A stretch of DNA of 64,000 bases, from assembly GCA_965215005.1 (NCBI GenBank), contig CBDCCZ010000006.1, positions 1 through 64,000 on the forward strand, read 5' to 3'. The notes beneath the pieces are model-generated. The model made no database searches, was not told where the DNA came from, and saw nothing but the letters and a program-made list of their open reading frames with translations. Below, piece after piece: positions 41,417 through 49,813 of the stretch (positions within the stretch are counted from its first letter, which is position 1; each line of letters opens with the position of its first letter). This DNA is from Kofleriaceae bacterium. Lineage in GTDB: Bacteria; Myxococcota_A; Polyangia; Haliangiales; Haliangiaceae. The translations under genes were made by a program, and so were the position numbers.

Positions 41417-42912
41417 TTATCGAGAAGCTCCGGTCGCGCGCCCGCGTAGGTTGGATTGCCAGCCAGCACTCCGAGAAAGTCGCGAAGCGTCTCGCCAACG
41501 AAGATGCCTTCCGGCGCCCGAACGCTCAGCTCGCGCAGCTGCCGCTCGTGGTTGCCGCTGCGCTTCTTGATCACGGAAAGCGCCTGCCGCACCTCGCCGT
41601 ACGCCTCGAAGTAACGCAACAACAGCACGCTATCGGCGAAATAGCTGAGCTCGACCGGCGACTCCACGTTCTGACCTACGATACCGTGCTGCACCGCGGT
41701 GAGAATCGTGAGCACACCGCGGGTGCTCAAGTAAGACAGGAGCTCGTGCAGATGGAGGCTGAGCGACCGCGCCTCCGGCATTGCCAGCTCGTAACCATTG
41801 ACGGTGTCAATGACGATGATGCGGGCGTTGCTCTGCTCGACGTCGGTACGCACCAGGTGCGCGAACTGCCCCGGCGTTAGCTCTGCCGCGTTGACCTGCC
41901 GGGTTCGGACGAACTCTTCGCGATCGTCGAACCCCATTTCCAGCGCGCGGCCGCGCGCTTTCCACGCTTGGAGCGTTTCGTCGAAGAGATATGCACAGCT
42001 CACCTCGCGGCGAGCTGCGGCCGCGCGCATGTACTGCATCGCGATGGTCGACTTGCCGGTGCCAGACGCACCCAAGAGCAGCAGGCTCGAGCCGCGGTCC
42101 GCACCGCCGCCGAGTAGCGCATCGAGGCGCGGCACGCCGCTGGAAATGCACTCTCGCTGAAAATCGAAGTGATGCTCGGATGCTTCGAGCCGCGGGAACA
42201 CTTCGACCCCGCCGGTATCAATGGTGTAGTCGTGCCAGCCCTCGCGATAGCGAATGCTGCGGACCTTGGAGAATCGCATGCGCCGGGTCTGCCCGCCGTA
42301 CCGAGGCGCGTTTTGCTCGAGATGCAGCACGCCGTGGGCAATGCTGGCGATCTGAAATCCATCGTCGTGCTCGGTGGAGGTGTCTAGTAGAAAGATCGTG
42401 CAGCCGCGGCGGCTGAAGTAGTGCTTGAGCGCGAGAATCTGCCGTCGGTAACGCAGCGAATCCCGCGCGAGCAGGCGCATCTCGGAGAGCGAGTCGAACA
42501 CGACGATCTGCGGATCATTGCGCTCAACGGCTCGCAGCACCTCGGCGGTGGTCTCGGTGAGCTCAACCTCCGCCGGGTGAAACAACGTGTATTGCTGCTC
42601 TGAGTTGACGTCTTGTTCGGCCGACTGCAGATCGAAGATCTCGATGTCGCTTAACAAGAGGTCATGGCCGCGCGCGACCTCGCGCAGCTCTTCCTCGGTT
42701 TCGGAGAGCGTCACGTAGAGACCACGAAGGCCTCTGCGCGCTCCGGCCACCAGGATTTGCAGAGCGAGCGTGGTCTTGCCGCAGCCTGGCGAGCCCTCGA
42801 ACAGGTACATGCGACCCGCTGGAAACCCGCCGAGAAGGATCGAATCGAGGCCCTCGATCCCGGTCCTTAGGCGCGGCAAGGTTTCGTCGATATCAGGTTT
42901 TTTTGGAACCAT
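41413..42912 (-). CDS. KaiC-like double RecA-fold ATPase
   Basis: Two Walker A motifs (GSPGCGKT, GASGTGKS), LSYFAD, KKRSGNHE. Confidence 0.92.
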   Translation of the reverse strand: MVPKKPDIDETLPRLRTGIEGLDSILLGGFPAGRMYLFEGSPGCGKTTLALQILVAGARRGLRGLYVTLSETEEELREVARGHDLLLSDIEIFDLQSAEQDVNSEQQYTLFHPAEVELTETTAEVLRAVERNDPQIVVFDSLSEMRLLARDSLRYRRQILALKHYFSRRGCTIFLLDTSTEHDDGFQIASIAHGVLHLEQNAPRYGGQTRRMRFSKVRSIRYREGWHDYTIDTGGVEVFPRLEASEHHFDFQRECISSGVPRLDALLGGGADRGSSLLLLGASGTGKSTIAMQYMRAAAARREVSCAYLFDETLQAWKARGRALEMGFDDREEFVRTRQVNAAELTPGQFAHLVRTDVEQSNARIIVIDTVNGYELAMPEARSLSLHLHELLSYLSTRGVLTILTAVQHGIVGQNVESPVELSYFADSVLLLRYFEAYGEVRQALSVIKKRSGNHERQLRELSVRAPEGIFVGETLRDFLGVLAGNPTYAGARPELLDK

Positions 42913-42967
42913 CGAAGGAAGCGCTCCCGCGCAGTATGCGCGCCTTCGGCACGCTCGTCATCTGCTA

Positions 42968-43450
42968 CTACGATTCGCTTTCGGGGGTATCGGTGTAGTT
43001 GGGTAGCACGGGCTTTCGCTGGTGCGAGAATATCAGCGAGGTTTCGACATGGGAAACCTCCGCCCGCGAGGAGATCTTGTCGATGACGAGCGCTCGTAAG
43101 TGCTCCGGGTCGGGAACGACGACGTGAATCAAGAAGTCATCGGCACCAGCAAGCTGATACACACCGATGACTTCATCGAGCGCCAGGATGTAAGAGGAAA
43201 ACGTCTCGAAGCTTTCCGACTTGTGTTGTGCTAACCGCACCGCCGTGAGCGCTTCGAGACCGATCCCCAGGGCCACCGGCTCGACATCGGCGTGAAATCC
43301 GCGCAACACGCCGCGTTCACGTAGCCGCCGCACCCGTTCGAGGCAGCTCGAAGGGGCGAGCCCAACCTGCGCTGCCAGTTCCTTGTTGGAAAGCCGTGCG
43401 TCGCGTTGTAGGGCTTCGACAATCGCGCAGTCGATTCGGTCGAGAGCCAT
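42968..43450 (-). CDS. Lrp/AsnC family regulator
   Basis: LDRID..I..ALQRDARLS..ELA..VGL..S.C..RVRRL, G..DF; start may be 43489. Confidence 0.93.
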   Translation of the reverse strand: MALDRIDCAIVEALQRDARLSNKELAAQVGLAPSSCLERVRRLRERGVLRGFHADVEPVALGIGLEALTAVRLAQHKSESFETFSSYILALDEVIGVYQLAGADDFLIHVVVPDPEHLRALVIDKISSRAEVSHVETSLIFSHQRKPVLPNYTDTPESES

Positions 43451-43622
43451 CTGAGCGGCTAAAATCCGGGCTTTATTCGCTGTAGACATCTTTGACCGAA
43501 ATTTTTACCACACCACCACTGGTGCACCAAACTCTGTTCGCCGTGTGCCCGGATGTGCTCCGCGCCGCGCGAGCCGACGCCTTGCTTCCGACGGCCGACT
43601 AATTTGGGGTAGGTTCGCGCCG

Positions 43623-44663
43623 ATGACTCGCATGGAGGCCATGGTGCTGCACGAGCACGGTGAACCGGAGGTGCTGCGCTTCGAGCGCGTGGAAGCACCG
43701 CAGCCGGGGCCGGGGCAAGTGCGCGTGACGGTCGAGGCGGTGGCGTGCAACCATCTCGATGTCTGGGTGCGACGCGGCGGCCCAGCGTTCCGCGGGCTGA
43801 GCTACCCGCATCGTCTCGGCTCAGAGATCGCCGGAGTCATCGAGGCGCTCGGCGCCGGCGTCGACGACCTAGCGCTCGGAACGCGGGTAGTTATCAATCC
43901 TGGGATCTCCTGCGGCTACTGTCGCGCGTGCCTGAGCGGCGCCGACAATTTGTGCCCCGACTACCGGATTCTCGGCGAGCACACGCAAGGCGGATACGGC
44001 CAACTCGCGGTGGTGCCGCGAGCCAATATCTTGCCGTTTCCCGACGGCCTGACGGCGGTGGAAGCTGCGGCCTCGCTCCTAACCTTCCTCACGGCGTGGC
44101 AGATGCTGGTGCGCAAGGCCCAGGTTCAGCCGGCACAGCGGGTACTCGTTCAGGGTGCTGGCAGCGGTGTAGGCGTTGCCGCCATTCAGATCGCGCGACT
44201 GTTTGGCGCCGAGGTGATCGCCACAGCGGGAACCGATGAAAAGCTCGCGGCGGCTCGTGAGCTCGGCGCGGCGCACACCATCAACTATCGCACCACCGAC
44301 TTCGTCGACGAGGTTCGACGGCTGGTCGGCAAGCGCGGCGTCGACGTTGTGATCGAGCACGTCGGCGGCGAAACGTTTGCCAATAGCATCAAGATCACCA
44401 AGAACGGCGGCCGCATCGTCACCTGTGGCGCGACCAGTGGGTTCACCCCCGTTATCGATCTCCGCCACGTGTTCTTTCGGCAGATCGAGATCCTCGGCTC
44501 GACCATGGGCCCCAAGGGAGATCTATTCGAGATCTTGGATCACGTGGCCGCCGGACGCCTCCGCCCGGTGATCCACGACGTCTTGCCGCTCGAGCGCGCT
44601 GCCGATGCCCACCGCATGCTCGAAGGCCGCGAGGTCTTCGGCAAAGTCGTGCTGACGCCTTGA
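43623..44663 (+). CDS. MDR-family zinc-binding dehydrogenase/reductase
   Basis: Structural Zn motif CGYCRAC..G..NLC, GAGSGVG, GKVVL. Confidence 0.9.
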   Translation: MTRMEAMVLHEHGEPEVLRFERVEAPQPGPGQVRVTVEAVACNHLDVWVRRGGPAFRGLSYPHRLGSEIAGVIEALGAGVDDLALGTRVVINPGISCGYCRACLSGADNLCPDYRILGEHTQGGYGQLAVVPRANILPFPDGLTAVEAAASLLTFLTAWQMLVRKAQVQPAQRVLVQGAGSGVGVAAIQIARLFGAEVIATAGTDEKLAAARELGAAHTINYRTTDFVDEVRRLVGKRGVDVVIEHVGGETFANSIKITKNGGRIVTCGATSGFTPVIDLRHVFFRQIEILGSTMGPKGDLFEILDHVAAGRLRPVIHDVLPLERAADAHRMLEGREVFGKVVLTP

Positions 44664-45586
44664 GCCGGCCACTTCTGCAGACCCGCGGTCTCGGCAAAGA
44701 CTACGGCGCCCACACCGCGTTGGTTGGGCTCGATCTCGAGGTTGCCGAGGGCGAAATCTTTGGCTTGCTTGGCCCCAACGGCGCCGGTAAGACAACCGCG
44801 ATTTCCATGATCGCGGGCGTGGTGACGCCATCCCGAGGCTCGGTGCGAGTTGCGGGCCATGAGCTGAGCAGCCAACCATTTCAGGTTCGCCGCGAGATCG
44901 GGCTCGTGCCCCAAGACCTGGCGTTGTACGAAGACCTCACCCCGCGGCAGAACCTCGCGTTCTTTGGCCGGCTCTATGGGCTTCAGGGCCGCGAGCTCAA
45001 CCGGTCGATTGATTGGGCGCTAGAGGTCGCCGGCCTCGCCGATCGCGCCTGTGACGTCGTCAAACGCTTCTCCGGCGGGATGAAACGCCGGCTCAACATC
45101 GCCGCGGGACTCCTGCACAGCCCGCGGTTGTTGGTGCTCGATGAGCCGACGGTGGGAGTCGATCCGCAGAGTCGCAATTTCATCTTCGAGACCATTCGCG
45201 CGCTGCGCCGTGACCACTCGATGACGGTGCTCTACACCAGCCATTACATGGAAGAGGTCGAAGCCCTGTGCGAGCGGGTGGCCATCGTCGACCACGGCGA
45301 CGTGGTCGCGATCGATGAAGTGGAGGCGCTGCTCGCTGCCCACGCGGCTAGCGGCATCGAGGTCGAGCTCGTTGGTGATGTGCCGGCGGCGCTGGCGGCC
45401 GTGGAGGCGTTTGGCGAGGCAAGCGCAGCTGGAAGACGGCTGCGCGTGGTCACCTCCGAATCGCTCGCGCCGGTGGTTAGCGCGATCGAGAGCACCGGTT
45501 GTCGAATCACTGCCGTGCGCAGCATGAAAGGCGACCTCGAGACCGTGTTCCTCTCCCTCACCGGCCACAGCTTGCGAGACGCATGA
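44660..45586 (+). CDS. ABC transporter ATP-binding protein
   Basis: [29 protein letters not shown]. Confidence 0.93.
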   Translation: MSRPLLQTRGLGKDYGAHTALVGLDLEVAEGEIFGLLGPNGAGKTTAISMIAGVVTPSRGSVRVAGHELSSQPFQVRREIGLVPQDLALYEDLTPRQNLAFFGRLYGLQGRELNRSIDWALEVAGLADRACDVVKRFSGGMKRRLNIAAGLLHSPRLLVLDEPTVGVDPQSRNFIFETIRALRRDHSMTVLYTSHYMEEVEALCERVAIVDHGDVVAIDEVEALLAAHAASGIEVELVGDVPAALAAVEAFGEASAAGRRLRVVTSESLAPVVSAIESTGCRITAVRSMKGDLETVFLSLTGHSLRDA

Positions 45587-46677
45587 TGTTTGGCGCCGCC
45601 ATAAAGAAAGACATGGAGCTTCTCGCCCGCGACCGCGGCGCGCTGCTCAGTCTATTTTTGTTGCCCGTGGTGTTCGTCATCGTGTTTGGCTCGATGTTCG
45701 GTGGCGAGGGCAGTCGCGGCACGCCGCGCAAGTTGGCTGCCTATGCCGTTTCCGAGCCGCCCGCTCGAGCTGCCCTAGACGCAGTCACCGGCTCCGGCCT
45801 GTTCGAGCTGGAATTTCGGCCCAGCGCCGAAGCGGTGCGTGAGGCAGTGGCCGAGCAGGAGGTAGCCGCCGGGCTGGTGATTCCAGCCGGCTACAGCCCG
45901 CTCGCCGGCGTGAGCGCTGAGCTCGTCATCGATGAGGCGGCGACGCCAGCGTTCCGCGCCCCCATTGAAGGTGCCTTGACCGGGATCTTGATGCGAGCGG
46001 CGTTTCCCGCGATGACCGGCGACATCAAGGTGCTGGTGCCGCGTTCGCCGCCGGGCCTGCGCAAACCGCTGCGCGTGGTCGACGGCTTTCAGGTTTCGGT
46101 GCCGGGCAACGCGGTGCTGTTCGGGTTCTTCTTGGCGCTCACCGTCGCGCTGTCGTTCGTCGAAGAGCGGCGTACAGGAACCTGGCGCCGACTGCTCGCC
46201 GCGCCGGTGCGCCGCAGCGTGTTGCTCCTGGCGAAACTAGTTCCGTTCTACCTGATCGGGCTCGTGCAGATGACGTTCCTGTTCGCGATAGGCTTCTTCG
46301 TTTTCGATATGCAGATCGCCGGAAGCATCACCGCGCTCGCATGCGTCACGCTGGCGGTGGTGTTTGCCGCCACCGGCCTTGGCCTGTTCATCGCCTCGTT
46401 CGGCGGAACGGAAAAGCAGGTGGGCGGCGTCGGCTCGATCTGTCTGTTGGTCATGGGGCTCCTTGGCGGCGCGATGGTGCCGCGCATGGGGATGCCGCCG
46501 ACCCTGCAGCAGCTCGGCCTACTCACCCCGCACGCCTGGGCGCTCGAGGGCTACTACGACGTTCTGATTCGCGAAGGCACCGGCGTCATCGAAGTGCTGC
46601 CTGAAATTGGTGCGGTTTTGGCCTTTGGAGTCGTGTTTGCGGCGGTGGGTGCGCTGCGCTTCCGCTTCGAGCGCTGA
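45583..46677 (+). CDS. ABC-2 permease
   Basis: EERRTGTWRRLL..P motif, multiple TM segments, ATGA overlap. Confidence 0.9.
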   Translation: MMFGAAIKKDMELLARDRGALLSLFLLPVVFVIVFGSMFGGEGSRGTPRKLAAYAVSEPPARAALDAVTGSGLFELEFRPSAEAVREAVAEQEVAAGLVIPAGYSPLAGVSAELVIDEAATPAFRAPIEGALTGILMRAAFPAMTGDIKVLVPRSPPGLRKPLRVVDGFQVSVPGNAVLFGFFLALTVALSFVEERRTGTWRRLLAAPVRRSVLLLAKLVPFYLIGLVQMTFLFAIGFFVFDMQIAGSITALACVTLAVVFAATGLGLFIASFGGTEKQVGGVGSICLLVMGLLGGAMVPRMGMPPTLQQLGLLTPHAWALEGYYDVLIREGTGVIEVLPEIGAVLAFGVVFAAVGALRFRFER

Positions 46678-46757
46678 GACGCCCTCGCTCGCAGCCCCTG
46701 CTTCAGCGCGCGATCTAACTCGCTGCGTCATCTGCGCCACCGGCTCGCTATACTGCC

Positions 46758-48797
46758 ATGATGGCTGACGCGATCAAGCAAGGGCGAATGGCGCACGTTC
46801 TCTACGACGAGAGCAGCGCGCCGGTGCACGACCGACCGTGGATCTTTCGGACCTACGCTGGGCATACGAGCGCCAAGGCCTCCAACGAGCTCTATCGCGC
46901 CAATCTCTCCAAAGGCCAAACCGGCTTATCCATCGCGTTCGATCTCCCGACGCAGTGTGGCTACTCGTCAAGCGATCCGCTTGCAGGTCCCGAAATCGGC
47001 AAGGTCGGAGTTCCGATCAACTCGCTCGATGACTTCCACGTGTTGTTCGCCGACATCCCCATCGAGAAGATGAACACGTCGATGACCATCAACGGCACGT
47101 CGATGTGGCTACTAGCGCTCTACGTCGCCCTCGCCCGCGAGCGCGGCGTTCCCGAAAGCGAGCTGCGGGGAACTACGCAGAACGACATCGTCAAAGAGTA
47201 CCTCGCCCGCGGAACCTACATCTTTCCGCCCCAGGCCTCGATGCGCATCATCGCCGAGATGTATGAGTATTGCTTGGATAACATTCCCAACTGGAATGCA
47301 TCCAACATCTGTTCGTACCACTTACAGGAGGCAGGGGCTACGCCGGTGCAGGAACTGGCATTTGCGCTCGCCAACGCAATTGGCATCCTCGACCTAGTTC
47401 GAGAACGCGGCCACTTCGACGACGCGTCGTTCGAGCGCTGCGTTGGGCGCATCAGCTTCTTCGTCAACTCGGGCATTCGCTTCATCGAAGAGATGTGCAA
47501 GATGCGCGCGTTTGCCGAGCTTTGGGAGCAAATTTGCCGGGACCGCTATGGGGTTGAAAATCCCAAGTATCGGCGGTTTCGTTACGGCGTGCAGGTCAAC
47601 TCCCTTGGCCTCACCGAAAGTCAGCCAGAAAATAACGCATGGCGCATTCTCCTCGAGACTCTCGGCGTCACTCTCAGCCGCAACGCGCGGTGTCGCGCTC
47701 TGCAGCTGCCAGCTTGGAACGAAGCCCTGTCGCTGCCGCGGCCGTGGGATCAGCAGTGGTCGCTGCGGCTCCAACAGATTCTCGCGTTCGAGACCGACCT
47801 GCTCGAATACCCCGACTTGTTTGATGGCAGCAAAGTGGTTGAATCCAAGGTGGGCGCGCTGGTGGCGGAAGCCAGCGCCGAGATCGAACGCATCGTCGGT
47901 ATGGGCGGAGTACGCGCAGCGGTCGAGAGTGGCTACATGAAGAGCGCACTCGTGAAATCGATGTCGGAACGGGTCGCGAAGATCAACCGCGGTGATCAGG
48001 TGGTGGTGGGGCTCAATAAGTGGACGGACGGGCTACCATCGCCGCTGATGGCGGGCGACGACGGCGGCGTGTTTCGCATCGATCCCGGCTCAGCCAAGGA
48101 GACTCTTGCGCAGCTCGAGGCCACCAAGTCTGCACGCGATCCGGCGCGAGCGCAGAAGGCCCTCGAGCGTCTCGAGCGGGCCGCCAAAGACGGCAGCAAC
48201 ATGATGGACGCTTCTATCGAATGTGCGCTGGCGCGAGTGACCACTGGCGAGTGGGCCGCTACGCTGCGGCGGATCTTTGGCGAATATCGCGCCGTCACGG
48301 GGGTGGAAGGCCAGAGCCTGCAGCTCGAGGAGACGCGGGTAGCAGCGCTGCGCGATCGCATCGACCTATTCAGCAAGCACACTGGGCATCGGCCGCGCAT
48401 CGTGGTCGGCAAACCCGGCCTCGACGGCCACTCCAACGGCGCGGAGGTCATCGCAGTATCGGCGCGGCACACCGGCTTCGATGTAATCTATTCTGGCATT
48501 CGGCTCACGCCAGAGGAGATCGTGCAGAGCGCCATTGAAGAAAATGCCGACCTCATTGGGGTATCTATTTTGTCGGGGTCGCACGTCGAGCTCGCCGAGC
48601 AGATCCGCGCCGAGCTCGAAGCTGCGGGCGCCGCCGACGACATCCCGGTGATCTTTGGCGGCATCATTCCCAAGGCCGACGTGCCACTGCTCGAGGCCAA
48701 CGGCGTGCGGCGCATCTTCACTCCGGCCGACTATGAGCTCATCGACGTCATGGAGCGCATGATGGAGGTCATCGAGGAGGCTCGAGGCGTCTCATGA
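46758..48797 (+). CDS. meaA: B12-dependent acyl-CoA mutase, ethylmalonyl-CoA mutase (MeaA/Ecm) type
   Basis: PWIFRTYAGH, GLSIAFDLPTQ, GVQVNSLGLTE, AWNEAL.LPRPWDQQWSLR, B12 motif KPGLDGHSNG. Confidence 0.88.
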   Translation: MMADAIKQGRMAHVLYDESSAPVHDRPWIFRTYAGHTSAKASNELYRANLSKGQTGLSIAFDLPTQCGYSSSDPLAGPEIGKVGVPINSLDDFHVLFADIPIEKMNTSMTINGTSMWLLALYVALARERGVPESELRGTTQNDIVKEYLARGTYIFPPQASMRIIAEMYEYCLDNIPNWNASNICSYHLQEAGATPVQELAFALANAIGILDLVRERGHFDDASFERCVGRISFFVNSGIRFIEEMCKMRAFAELWEQICRDRYGVENPKYRRFRYGVQVNSLGLTESQPENNAWRILLETLGVTLSRNARCRALQLPAWNEALSLPRPWDQQWSLRLQQILAFETDLLEYPDLFDGSKVVESKVGALVAEASAEIERIVGMGGVRAAVESGYMKSALVKSMSERVAKINRGDQVVVGLNKWTDGLPSPLMAGDDGGVFRIDPGSAKETLAQLEATKSARDPARAQKALERLERAAKDGSNMMDASIECALARVTTGEWAATLRRIFGEYRAVTGVEGQSLQLEETRVAALRDRIDLFSKHTGHRPRIVVGKPGLDGHSNGAEVIAVSARHTGFDVIYSGIRLTPEEIVQSAIEENADLIGVSILSGSHVELAEQIRAELEAAGAADDIPVIFGGIIPKADVPLLEANGVRRIFTPADYELIDVMERMMEVIEEARGVS

Positions 48798-49738
48798 ATG
48801 CGGAGTCGGCTGCAGCGCTCGAGCTCGACAAACGCGCCCTCGGCAAGCTCATCTCGCTGTTCGAAGATACCCGCGCCGTGGCCATCGCGCGGCGCCAAGA
48901 GGTCCTTTCCGAGCTCGAGCAGCACGCCGAGCGCAAAGCGCGCTTCATCGGAGTCACCGGCACTCCAGGCGCGGGCAAGTCCACGCTCATCGGCGAGCTC
49001 GCCACCCGGCTCATCGAGCAAGATCGGGCACTGGCGGTCGCGGTGTTGGCGGTGGACCCTTCGAGTCACGTCTCTGGTGGCGCGTTGCTCGGCGATCGCA
49101 CGCGCGCACGGTTTCCGCTGCGTGAGCGGCGGTTGTTTTTTCGCAGCCAGGCTTCGGACCGCGAGCTTGGCGGCGTGAGCCGCACGACCTTTGCGGTGTG
49201 TCGACTCCTTCATCACCTTTTCGACATCGTCTTCATCGAGACCGTCGGCATCGGCCAGTCCGAGATCGAAATCCAACGCGTTGCCGATTGGACCTATCTA
49301 GTGTTGCAGCCGCTGGCGGGCGATCAGGTGCAGTTCATGAAAGCCGGAATCATGGAGATTCCCGATGCCTTCGTGCTGAACAAGTGCGACGCGGCGGACG
49401 CGGCGCGGGTTAGCTACCACGCGCTGCGGGCGAGCCTTGGCTTGGCGCGGCCCGGCGCGGGACCACCCACGCCCATTCATCAAACCAGTGCCACCACCGG
49501 GCTCGGCATGGAGACGCTGGCCACCGATGTCTTGGCGCAGCAGGCGCAACGGCCGATGGCGGCGAAAGAGGAGTACTTCTTTCGCAAGTGGGTACGCGAC
49601 GAGTTCGGCCGGCGGGGTCTGCAGGCGCTAGAGCGCCGAGGCGGGGCGGCGCCGCTGCTGGAGGCGGGGGGCTACGACGCGGCCCAGCTGGCGTTCACCC
49701 GGAGCGCCCCGACCTGGCTCGCCGACGCCTTGGGTTAA
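48794..49738 (+). CDS. meaB: MeaB/ArgK mutase-chaperone GTPase
   Basis: GTPGAGKST, AVDPSS..SGGALLGDR.R, ETVGIGQSE, NKCD. Confidence 0.92.
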   Translation: MNAESAAALELDKRALGKLISLFEDTRAVAIARRQEVLSELEQHAERKARFIGVTGTPGAGKSTLIGELATRLIEQDRALAVAVLAVDPSSHVSGGALLGDRTRARFPLRERRLFFRSQASDRELGGVSRTTFAVCRLLHHLFDIVFIETVGIGQSEIEIQRVADWTYLVLQPLAGDQVQFMKAGIMEIPDAFVLNKCDAADAARVSYHALRASLGLARPGAGPPTPIHQTSATTGLGMETLATDVLAQQAQRPMAAKEEYFFRKWVRDEFGRRGLQALERRGGAAPLLEAGGYDAAQLAFTRSAPTWLADALG

Positions 49739-49813
49739 AAGGCGCGCGCGGGGCGCTTCTCAGCTTGCTGCCCAGGGCCGTGTTTCATAGAGTGTCCGGC
49801 TCGGAGATAGACC

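Noticed and set aside
41413..42912. True circadian clock
   Set aside because: No kaiA or kaiB nearby and the ST phosphosite pair is SY
43623..44663. Crotonyl-CoA carboxylase/reductase (ccr)
   Set aside because: Shorter than typical Ccr and lacks recognisable Ccr-specific motifs
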